DNA of 64,000 nt from Vitrella brassicaformis CCMP3155 (Eukaryota; Protista; Chromerida). Positions 34,862-45,258 of this stretch are shown in pieces. The notes under the pieces were generated by a model. The model ran no database searches. It saw nothing but the letters and a program-made list of their open reading frames with translations, and had not been told where the DNA came from. Every line of letters starts with the position of its first letter. Positions within the stretch are counted from its first letter, which is position 1. The stretch spans positions 124,001 through 188,000 of the forward strand of contig CDMY01000436.1 of NCBI GenBank assembly GCA_001179505.1. Reading direction: 5' to 3'. Both the position numbers and the translations under genes were made by a program.

Positions 34862-37345
34862 TCAGCACTCCCCAAATCCCCATGAACCCCCAAAGGCAGG
34901 ATTAGACCTCGCCAGCACCTCTCCATGTTTGCCGATAGCCTCCGCCTGGTACCACCAACACCGGTCAGGCGGCAGGCCCCCCTCGATCACCGTCAGGTGC
35001 TCAAAATGCCCGGCGAAGTGCGTCCGCATCAGCTGGTTTGGGTGGCGTGTTGGCCCCTGGTACACCCGCCACTGCGCGACCTCCGTGGCCCCGTTCCAGC
35101 TGTAGTGGAGCTGCGGCGGGTCTGCCTCCAGATTGAGCACCAAAGTGGGGGGCTCGACGGGCCGGCCGGTCCACGGCAGCTTCAGGGCGCGGTACGACGA
35201 CTCGTTCTTGACGAACTCGAACTCGACCAGCTTGTTGCCGGCCGCATCGACCTCGCTCCACACGGGCAGCTTGACGGGCTTCCCGACGCCGCCCCAGGCG
35301 ATCCCGAAGTTGCCGTTGTCGAAGTGCTGGACGCTCCCCGTGGCAAAAGCGAATCGCTTCTTCTCCTCCGCCACCTCCCAGACCTTCTCAGCCGTCATGC
35401 TGGCCTGGTCGACGGCGTACATGACGGCTCGTGAGTACTGCGGGCTGGCTTGATTGCCGTTGTCGAACAGGGTGATGTACTTGCCGTCAGGGGAGATGCG
35501 CACGTCGTGCTGGTGGGAGAAGGGCCGGAGGTCGTCCGTCACCTTGAAGTCGCTGTCTTTGCCGCCGAACCTCCAGACGAGTTTGCCTGTGGTGCGGTCG
35601 ACTTTGTGTGCCTGGTCGAAGTGCCTGAAGGAGATGAGGATGTTGCCGTCGGGCGTCCAGTCGATGGCATTCATGTGGATGTGGTCGACGTAGTCCTCCG
35701 TGAGCAGCTGCTTGGCCTCGGTCGTCTCAAGGCTGTCAGGCATGTAGTCCCAGCTGCGCCACTCAAAGACCTGACAAACAAACATACAAACACACCAGAG
35801 AGACACACAACACGTGTGCAAGGCCCCGACTCTCTCTCTCTCTCTCGTGTGTGTGTGGCTTACCACGTTGCCCTGTGGGTCAATCTCTTGCACAATAGCC
35901 CCCGCGACTCTCGCCTCCTTCTTGCCTCCGTCGACGACGCCAGAGAGGTCGAACATTTCGCTGTCGTATATCATGATAAGTGCGCTGCCGTCCTCCTTGA
36001 GCTGGAAGCCATGAGGGTTGGCCCAGTACCCATGGCCGGGGAAGATCTGCCGGACCTCTGTGTACGTGTCGTCGAGCTCCACAAAGGTGCCCTCGCCGAC
36101 GTCATGGTAGGTCAGGGTGTTGGAGCGGACCTGCTTCTTGAAGTCCATGATGGTCCACCCAAACATGGGATTCAGCTCCTTGTACCACACCGGCTCGCCA
36201 GTGGTGGTCTTGAGGATCATCAGGTAGGGGTGCCAGTCGACGTCCCGCGGCCAGCCGATGTTGCTCACGAACAGGTAGCCGTCGCTGATGTGTCCGTGGG
36301 GTGCAACTGTCACGTTCATCTCGGGGTAGGTGGCCGGCAGGGTCTTGTAATGAGCGGGCGGCAGGTGGAGCCTGTCGCTCTCCTCACCGGGCGGCGGTGT
36401 CGTCACCTCCGCCTCGTAAGTGACGGTGTCCTCATACTCTGCCGGGGGCGGGGTGGTCTTCTCGCCGCTGCCGGGCTTCTCGGCCACGAGCTGCCCGCTG
36501 CCATCGACGTTATCCTCGTCACCAGGGTAGATGTCATTGGCAGCGTTTGGGACGGTGTCGTCCTCCTCGATGGGCGTCTGCAGGGCGATGGCAATCAGGT
36601 TGTGGCCGTCGTCACTCACACCGACGTGAGGCTTCAGCTTGGCGCCCTGGTGGGGCTTGACCGTGTCAAAGAAGGGCTCTAGAGGGCCGTCGTCACTAGC
36701 CAGACTCCGATGCAGGTCGTTCATAGTGCGTGCGAGGGCGGCCCTCTCCTCCTTGTCAAGCGAAGACGCCGATGCGTCGAGCTGTCGTCGAGAGGTGGGC
36801 ACGCCATAGTTGCCTGGGTACTCGACCGGCATGCCATGGGGCACGCTCCCCTTGGCCATCCTCTCCCCCCTCGACACGTGTATGACGGTGCTGCGGTCCT
36901 TGCGGAAGGTGTCCAGGCTCTTCGTGGTCACCCTGAACTGCCACGTGTAGCCGTCCAGGGTCTTGCCATCCTCCGTCTGCAGGCCGGGCGACACCGTCAC
37001 CCTCACCAGCTCCCCGGGCGCCAGGGGATCCTGCGGCTCGAACAGCAGGGTCTTGTTGTCGTGTGAGAGCTTCTTCTTCCCCTTGTGCACGCCGCTCTTG
37101 TCGCCAACCACCTCAATCACTGGTCCCAGTGTCTGGGCGAAGGCCGCGCCGGCCCGAAGGGCAATGGTCGTCAAGGGGGAGACAAACGTCGCACTTGGTC
37201 GAGGGTTGACGTATGCGAAGGGGCCGAACGGGCCTCCCACTTGAACAGTGACGCCCTCGCGCAGGTCTTGCAGTGAGCGGCTCCGGAAAGATGGCGCCGC
37301 TTCGGCAGCGACCCACGCAAGGACGATTGTCACAAAGCCCCTCAT
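34862..37345 (-). CDS. Secreted arylsulfate sulfotransferase (ASST-type) with N-terminal bacterial Ig-like domain; single intron 35771-35863
   Basis: Signal peptide MRGFVTIVLAWVAAEA; YVNPRPSATFVSP...SHDNKTLLFEPQDPLAPGELVRV (Ig-like); ANPHGFQL, VFEWRSWD, DHIHMNAIDW, ILISFRH, FSHQHDVR, ITLFDNG, LHYSWNGATEVAQWRVY are typical ASST motifs. Confidence 0.85.
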   Translation of the reverse strand: MRGFVTIVLAWVAAEAAPSFRSRSLQDLREGVTVQVGGPFGPFAYVNPRPSATFVSPLTTIALRAGAAFAQTLGPVIEVVGDKSGVHKGKKKLSHDNKTLLFEPQDPLAPGELVRVTVSPGLQTEDGKTLDGYTWQFRVTTKSLDTFRKDRSTVIHVSRGERMAKGSVPHGMPVEYPGNYGVPTSRRQLDASASSLDKEERAALARTMNDLHRSLASDDGPLEPFFDTVKPHQGAKLKPHVGVSDDGHNLIAIALQTPIEEDDTVPNAANDIYPGDEDNVDGSGQLVAEKPGSGEKTTPPPAEYEDTVTYEAEVTTPPPGEESDRLHLPPAHYKTLPATYPEMNVTVAPHGHISDGYLFVSNIGWPRDVDWHPYLMILKTTTGEPVWYKELNPMFGWTIMDFKKQVRSNTLTYHDVGEGTFVELDDTYTEVRQIFPGHGYWANPHGFQLKEDGSALIMIYDSEMFDLSGVVDGGKKEARVAGAIVQEIDPQGNVVSHTHTRERERVGALHTCCVSLWCVCMFVCQVFEWRSWDYMPDSLETTEAKQLLTEDYVDHIHMNAIDWTPDGNILISFRHFDQAHKVDRTTGKLVWRFGGKDSDFKVTDDLRPFSHQHDVRISPDGKYITLFDNGNQASPQYSRAVMYAVDQASMTAEKVWEVAEEKKRFAFATGSVQHFDNGNFGIAWGGVGKPVKLPVWSEVDAAGNKLVEFEFVKNESSYRALKLPWTGRPVEPPTLVLNLEADPPQLHYSWNGATEVAQWRVYQGPTRHPNQLMRTHFAGHFEHLTVIEGGLPPDRCWWYQAEAIGKHGEVLARSNPAFGGSWGFGEC

Positions 37346-37480
37346 CTCAGCGCAGCCAGCCTTCGGAACGCTTCACGTCCCAGCTAAGGTGCTGCAGCCG
37401 ATCGACCGTTGGACAGAAATAGCAGGACATGGAAAGGAAAGTCCTAGTATTGTCGGCCACGGCGGATACTGCGAGAGAAG
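37346..37480. promoter_or_regulatory. 135-bp divergent spacer between the sulfotransferase and the lectin/TSR adhesin
   Basis: ATG at 37345 (minus) and ATG at 37481 (plus). Confidence 0.5.
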
Positions 37481-40400
37481 ATGTGGTCTCTTCTGGCAGT
37501 GCTGAGCCTGCTGTGCGCCCCTCTGCTCACCTTATCTGCAGTATACGACGCCCGCTACGGTCAGCTGACACACAGAGAATTAGAGACGAGGAAGTTCTCC
37601 AGGTGCACTTCGTTTGGGTCCTTCCTTTTGGCAACTTTCAGGTCGTCTGGACGTGACGTCTTACGTGGAGAGCGACGAGGCCCATGCCGTCAACTACTAC
37701 GAGACCACGGGCATCATGTGCGCCAGGTAAGGGAATCAGTCAGGAGGTTCGGCAAACCCAGGGTGGGGTCGGAGTGCGTCTGTCCGTCAACTACTACAGG
37801 GTCTTCTTCGAGCCCTCCTTCCAGAACACAGTCAAGCGGAAGCTCATATTCTTCACCGTCACACACTATGGCAAGGACGCCTCCCTCCCTGGCGAGCACT
37901 GTGAGTGAGCCGAGCCGTGGTCACACACACCAACAGGCCAGGCTACGCTGCTGTGGTCATCGCCTCGGTTGTGTGCGTGTTTGTGTGTGTCAGCGTCGTC
38001 AACTGCGTGGTTCGACACGGACCTGAACCCCAACCCCACGGCGAGTTTCGACATCTGTGTCAACGACAACTCCACACACAGACTCGAGAACGGACAGATG
38101 GCCGCACACCCCAACCTTCACGCTGACTGGTCGGTGGGTCGGGCGGTCGACCGAGCCGCTGGCCACAGGCACTTACTGTGGGTGCGGTGCAGCATCTGTG
38201 TGTGTGTACGTGTGTGTGTGTCATGTCATGTAGGCTTGCCTTTGAGGAGAGGCCGTTCATCGGTGCGGAGGCGGGGAGGCAGCGGTTCCCGGCGGACCTG
38301 AAGAAGAAGATGCACCGTGGTTACCACTGCGAGTGGATAGCCTTCGACCAGGCCTTCGAGGACGTCCCTCTCTTCTTCGCATCCATTGAGCACCAGGTCA
38401 TCGGCATGAACCCCTACAACCACAGGTCAGTCAGTCAGTTCGACAGACGGACACAGACAGGAAGGAGACACCCGACCCCACCCGACCTGGCTGCTGCACT
38501 GCACTTGATTTGATGCCTTTGCACCTGCCTGGCTGTCACTGCAGTGACACCCTCTGGGCAGAGCAAGTGACACCAGGGGCGGCAAAGGTGAGAACAGACC
38601 AGCTCGTTTCTTCTCCACTCAGAGGCCGACACGTGCTTCATCCATCATCATGTGATTGTTCGTCCAATCAGCTGTGTCTGCGTGACGCACCCATCTTCGA
38701 GACGACGGGCCACTTCTTCCAGCACGTCAACTGGATGGCCTTTCCCACCCACGCCATCCCATCCAACGCCCAAGGCGGCACACACCGCATATCGTGGAAG
38801 CGGCCCGCCGACCTCTCAAGGCCCTTCGACGAAGCCAGCAATGCGGTGCCCAGCAGCAAGAAGGAAAAGGTTCTCGCATGCCAAGACGTCCTGTTCAAGA
38901 CACCTTTCGAGACACTACCATACGTCCAGGCAAGCGACCTGACCTGTGCGATCGGTGCTGCCGCGAGACCATTCCCGCCTGCTGCTCATCCATTTTGTCC
39001 ATTGTCCTGCCGTCTGTCTGCAGGCGATGGTCAACCACAAGAGAAGCGGCGATGACGACGATCGGCGGTCGTTGGGGAGGGTGAGGCCGATGGTTGGGAA
39101 GGGCAAGGGTGACATGAGCGAGAGCATGCCGCCCTCCCACGAGGCGCGCGAGGAGGCCACCACGAGCTGGGTGGAGCAGATCAGCGAGAACGGCTTCAGG
39201 GTGTGTGTGGCCGAGATGTGGTACACAGCCGGCGATGGGCTGCACCGCGACCTCTATGTCGACTGGCTGGCCTACGACGACACCTTCCTCAGGGACACCA
39301 AACACCTCAAGTACACACACACCACAGGCCAACGGCCCACACAGAGATGCATCTGGGGGGTGTGCCCTCCCTGCTGTGCTGTGCTGTTCAGGGCGATGGA
39401 GTCGATATCAGCTGAGCTCAAGATGAGCAACCTTGGCGTCAAAGACTCAGAGGAGGTCAGCTATCCATCCATCCCGGTGTCTGTCTGCAGCCATTTCATT
39501 GTGTTTCCCTGTCTGTCCGTCTGGCTGCCCACCTGTGTATGTGTCTTCCCTTCCAGGCCGAAGACAAGCTGCGCGCTTCCCTGGAGGACGCCCTTGTGGA
39601 AACATCCGGTGTGTCATCTGACCGTGTGTCAGTGCAAATCGCTGAGATTCGGGGCGATGCGGCGGTGATCCACTTCAGCGTCGACCCCGTCACCAAATCC
39701 AAAAAGGTTTGTCGAGTGAGTCGTCAGGCAGTAGTGCCATCTCTCTCTCTCCATTAGTTAAGTGCACAAGTGAATTCTTTCTTGTGGTGGCTTGGCTTTG
39801 CAGGTGGAGGATGATGACGACACAGGTCCTGGGGATGCACCCCCAGAAGACGCCCTTGCCACCTTTGCAACCATGGTATCCGGCGGGCCGGGCTTGCGCG
39901 GGTCACATCACGTCAGGCAGGTCACGTGCGTGGTTGTGTGTGTCTGTGTCTGATCTGCAGCTCGCCGACAACACCAGTGACATCTACCGGACGGCCTTCG
40001 GCGCCACCTACCTCTCAGACAAGACAGAAGAGGTCACACCAACACACAACACAACACGCCTCCCCTGACATGGACATGGGAGCTTCTCTCTCTCCCCTTT
40101 GGTCTGTCTGTCTCTTCATTCATTCAGGACATGGAGCTGACATTTTCTGCCGACTGTCTGGTGTCGCCCTGGAAGGCCTCCGGCCCGTGCAGCCAAAAGA
40201 AGTGCGGTGGCACCGGGGGGCAGCTGCCCATGAAGAGGTGGGTGATCAGGGAGCCCATCAACAACGGCCGCGAGTGTCCGGCACTCAAGGTGGACCTCCA
40301 GTGCCACGCGGAGCCGTGTGCCATGCCGCCGCTGACCAAGAAGAAGGAGGAGATCGAGACCATCCAGGCGTCGTCCATCGATGATGAGGGCACCGAAGGT

Positions 40401-41159
40401 GGAACCACGGCAGAGGGCGACCGAAAGAAGGACAAAGATGGTACGTAGGTAACCAGAGAGAGACACGTGTGTGTGGGGTGCTGACGATGGATACGTACGG
40501 GGATTTGGGCGCTGGGTGTGTGTTTAGGTGCCGTGACTGTGGTCAAGACCAGCGGTGGCGGCTACCAGATCCTCTCTTTCCCCAAACCTGGCGACCAACC
40601 AGAGGTCCGCACGCGGGAGGGAGGGAGGGAGCCAGACAAGACAGACAGAGCACCCAAACCCACCTGTCTGTCTGTCCTCTTCTTTATATGCCTCGCAGGG
40701 TCGTCTGTCCGGCGGGGCCATCGCGGCCCTCATCCTCACACCCCTCATCATCATCGCAGGATGCGTTGCCTTCTGTGTAAGTTAGCCCAATAAATAAAGG
40801 ATGGATGGAGGCTTTACCCTACCCAACCACGCACACATGCACACACAATGAATGTCGCTGCTGTTATGTTGTGTGTGTATGGTATGCAGGCCTTCCGCAA
40901 GTATCGGCTGGCGGGTGACTCGTCAGGCCTCGACGGCGTGCACAGCGCGGGCCGCAGCGGGCGGGCAGCTGCTGTATCCGCAGGGGCCAGCCACGGGCAG
41001 ACGAGCATCTTCGGCAAGTCGACCGAGAGCTACCGGCCCCAGGTGGACGAGGCCACGCCCCACCACCCGTCCGACAGCTCCCGCAGCACCGTCGCCACCA
41101 AGGCCACAGACGCGGACGCCAGCCCAAACGCGCCACACAAGGCCGACATGATGGCCTGA
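37481..41159 (+). CDS. Type I membrane adhesin-like protein: H-type-lectin-like repeats, SEA-like domain, thrombospondin type 1 repeat, TM, cytoplasmic tail
   Basis: Signal MWSLLAVLSLLCAPLLTLSA; repeats TLWAEQVTPGAAKLCLRD...HVNWMAF and TSWVEQISENGFRVCVAE...YVDWLAY; LRASLEDALVETSGVSSDRVSVQ (SEA-like); DCLVSPWKASGPCSQKKCGG...RWVIREPINNGRECP...CHAEPC (TSR); TM GAIAALILTPLIIIAGCVAF. Confidence 0.75.
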
Positions 41160-42028
41160 CCTGATTGACATCAGGGAGGGAGGGGAGGGGTGTTGCAAAG
41201 CGATGGGGCGGTGGGTGGTGTGGTTCTCCCTGGGAGTTTTTTCCCTATGTCAGTCAGATTGATGCCAGGTAGTGTGGATGTGATGTGTTTTTCTGTTGTG
41301 AATTCGGTCGGGCATACCTGCGTGCCGTGCCGTCACGGCATGTGATACCTAGTCGCATAAAACCAGCTGCCTGGCTGCCTCCTTGCCTGGCTGCCTGGCT
41401 GTCAGCTGACTGACGTGTGGTGAAAACTGCTGCAGTCCATGTAGAGACTTGTAGAGCTGAGTGTGTGCGTGTGTTGTGTGTATATGGATTTTCCATACCG
41501 CTCCCTCCCGCTGAGCTTTTCTGTCCAGTCATTGGCACTCGCTTAAGGGGACATACGCACAACGAGGTGGGGTGGGGTGGGATAGGGCGATCGATCAACC
41601 ATTTAGTCGCCTCTTCCTGTCTGCCTGTCTGCCTGTCTGTCTGTCTGCCTGTCTGTGTGCACGCATTATTAGGCTGTGAATGATAGATGGGGTCAATTGA
41701 CTGACACGAATGATGTCTGTGTATATACGGTGTGTGCGGGACCACCACCGGACCGGCAGACACTGACTCACTTGTTCTTCATGATTTCCGTCCCCCCTAC
41801 CACCATGTTTGTGTCCGATCCATCCATCCATCAGACCGATGCTCACAGGGCTTTGCCTGTGTCAGCATCAAGCTGGCTGCTTACTACCGCCTCGCCACGT
41901 CAAAACTCGCCCCAGCCAAAAAATTATCACACACATCCATCCACACACACACACACACACACGTCCACGCGTCTCCAGATGACTCACTCACGCCACCTGC
42001 ACCAATGTGTCTGTCCTTCCTGCCCTAT

Positions 42029-44510
42029 CTATCGGTGTGTCATGATGCCGGGAATGAGGAAGGGGTCGCTCTGTATGATGGGCACCGACTGCGCCAAAGG
42101 GTAGTTGTGGCTCTCCCAGGCCACCCTCGGCCGCCCCTCTGTCGTCTCCTTCACTGGCCGGCGGGGCGTGCAGCACAGCGAGGAGCTCACGCAGCCCCTC
42201 TCCCGCCGTGTCTCAACACGCAGCTGCCGGGGCTGCTGCTGCTGCTGCTGCTGGGGCACCGCCAAACCACCAGGCACGGCGGTGGGCCGCACAGGTCCAC
42301 CAGGGCTGATATTCATCACCAGCCGGCTCTCAGGCACAAAGGGGGGCGGCTTCCGGGGCGTGCACGACACGCAGCCGCGGTCAGGACCATCCTCGCGCGC
42401 ATCGACGACAGGCTTTGGCGGTGCCTTCTTCTGGCAGCACATGGACCAGCCCCTTCGGAAGGCGCGCGACTGCGGCACCAGTGGGAGGGTTGGGTCGAGA
42501 AAAATCGGCACGCCCTCGATTGGCTCGTCACGGTAGAACCAGCGCACGTGCCATTCGTCTTGTGGGCCCATACGTGGGGGAGGCGGGGCGGACATCGGCT
42601 TGATGACGCTGCCCACAAGGGATGACAGCTCTGAGACACGGAGACAGACAGAGAGGCACAAGACTGTGACTGCAAATGTGTGGGTTGGTGTCGTGACTGA
42701 CGGCTGGCGAGAAGTGAGGTGACTTCGACTGGTTGGTGCTCCTCTCCTTGTGGCGGCAGGACGACGGGCACGTCCTCCTCGTAATGGTCCAGATCGAGGA
42801 CGACGTGCTGGTCTATCATGGCCTGTGAAGCCCTGCGGACCATCATGCTCGAACGACGGATCTCATGCAGCTGAGTCTCCTGACGCGCTAGCTCAGCAGC
42901 AATCTGAATTAATTAACCACACAGAGAGACACAGACACGGAGACATACGACGGCAGGTGTCTGTCTGTTGCGTGTGTGTGTGGGGGTTGTGGCTGTGCGT
43001 ACGATGGGCGGGATGGCAGGTGCGGCTGCGCCCGGCGCCTGGACCATCATCTTGCCCCTCCCCTCAGCCAACATAATCTCTTGCTGAGGGAGTGAGTGAG
43101 GAAGAAGCAGAATTCCGCAGCCAGGGTGGGATGTGTGTTACTTCAGTGGCTCATGTATGCTGTCTGACCAGCAGTTTTCGTTTCCTCTCCTGGACGGCCC
43201 GTTCCTCTTCAATGAGTTGCGTGACTTTCTTCTTGACCTTCTTGATCAACGCCTCTCGGCGGGTCCTATCGCGGTCCTTGTCCGCCAACGCAGCCTGCAC
43301 TCCACTCCATCCACGCAGAGAGAGACACGTCAGCTCATTCCGTTCCCTGGCGAGAATGCACGATTCATGGAGGATCTTTGCCCACTGACTGACCAGAAGT
43401 TGTATGAGTCTTTCTTCCTCGAGCATCCTCGCCCTCGCCAATGCAGCCGCCGTGTCACCCAGTTCCCTCATCCGCCGACGCATCTCCTCCAGATACGAGA
43501 GCCTACGGGCCTCCGCGTCACTGAATCGGGTCTGCCTAGCCTCAAGCGCACGGATTCGCTCCTCCTCGATCTTCTTTGCCCGATCGAGTGCCTCTGCCTT
43601 CTTGATAGCCGCCTCGTGCAGCTGCTTCCGCTGCCTGTCAATGGCCTGCAGCCGGCGCTGCTCGGCGGCCTCAAGCGTGCCCTCCGCTTTCTCCTGCAGA
43701 CATGGAGCGGGGAAGGGAGACGGGGACACAGAGGTGTGATTGTGTGTGTTGTGGGGGAGGGGGGAGCTCTTAAGTGGCTTGCTTGCCATGAATCTGCGCT
43801 GCCTTTCGTCTTCCAGTTCCTTTGCCCTCTGGAGTGCTTCTGCCTTGCGCTTGGCCTCCTCCTGCAGCTGCCGTTTCTGCCGCTCGATGGCCTGCAGACG
43901 CCGAGCCTCCGCATCGTCCAGCTTCGTCTCTGTCTTCTCCTGTCCAATGGCATGGCATCCATCAGTCAGTCAGACGCACCTGCTGGTTGCCGTCTCTGGC
44001 AGTCCCTCCCTCCCCGTCCCTTGACCATCCACTCACCTGTATCTTGCGCTGTCTTTCTTCCTCGATATCCTTTCCCCGCTGCAGCACCTGGCTCATCCTG
44101 CGGATGTACTGACGCTTCTCCTCCTTCACCTCATCCTGACCGATGTCGGCCTTGGGCGGCCGAGGGGTCGTCGGCCTCGGACCCGGACCACGAGCAGACA
44201 ACGCGCCCCTCGTGCCAGCAGCCGAGAGGGCGCCCTTTGTGGGCTGGCTCTTGACTGACGCCGGGGTGCGTGGCGAGACGCGGATGGATGACGCTGCAGG
44301 GCTGGAGGGCGTCGCGAGGGTGGGGTCGGCCTCGTGATTCTCCTCCCCCTGGACGTCGGCGAAACGGATGGTGCTGGGCTCTTCATTTGCAGGCGCAGAG
44401 GCGGAGAGAGCGAGGGGAGGGACGATGGCTGGCTTCGACTTGGCCTTGGGGCTCTTGGGCTTGGCTTTGCCCTTACCGGCGGCCTTGGCTTTACCAGCGG
44501 GGGAGCTCAT
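42029..44510 (-). CDS. Coiled-coil hypothetical protein with ~50-aa tandem repeats and a Pro/Cys-rich C-terminus
   Basis: MSSPAGKAKAAG...; repeats AEARRLQAIERQKRQL, AEQRRLQAIDRQRKQL, AEARRLSYLEE; spliced to ORF 42029-42661. Confidence 0.7.
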
Positions 44511-45258
44511 GATGACGGAAGCAAACGTACCCCACAAGCAAAGAAGAAAGGGCCGAGCCCCAATTTACAACAAAATGTAATGGACCCCAGACCCTCTCTT
44601 GACAAAACATCACAGGAGTGTCCCCCTCCACACGGGGGATTGGATTCATTAAGGCGTCTGTCATTGTCTGCACACACGTGACATGCCTGGGATTGGATTC
44701 GGTGGGAGACACATAAAGGCGTCCATTACATTGTCATTCATTGTCTGCACACACATGGCGCCCAAGACATGTCTCTTATCCCATGGGACGGGGGGAGTGT
44801 CATGACACCGTGTGTGCCTGCCGTGCACGGCCGGCGAAACACTTACATGTATACACAGGTAGGAGGGAGGGGTAATAGCTAGTAGCTAGCTAGTGGTCAT
44901 CAATTGCACTGCACGACAGACACAAAAAACACCACACCACCGCAAACAAACAAAACACAGCCAGCCAGCTAGCTGCGATGGATGAGTCAGATGCATTCTT
45001 ACACTTGATCGCACACACAACACAACACATGCACATCGACCCATTGATATCAGGTCGACATCAATGTCAGCTTACATACGTGATAGATATGAATGTACTC
45101 CATGTACGTCTGCACACTTGTCTGTCTGTCTGTCTGTCGGCCAGCCCCTCCACTCCATTTTCAGAGTGCGCAGACAGGACAGGCAGCAGAGGAAGGAACC
45201 CATAGACAGCCCCCCACCCTCCCACTCACCCAGTCCCCCATCGCCTCCCTCTAGCTAG

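Noticed and set aside
34188-35105. 305-aa plus-strand ORF
   Set aside because: It is composed of CA/GACA repeat translations (HTHT, CVCV) and overlaps the 3' region of the sulfotransferase gene.
35450-36682. 410-aa plus-strand ORF and other long ORFs opposite real genes (e.g. 61060-62238, 27306-28043, 5381-6133)
   Set aside because: They are antisense shadows of GC-rich coding exons, with no recognisable motifs or splice support.
34862-37345. Bacterial contamination
   Set aside because: The gene contains a GT-AG intron with host-type (GA)n/(CA)n repeats and is embedded in typical host flanks.
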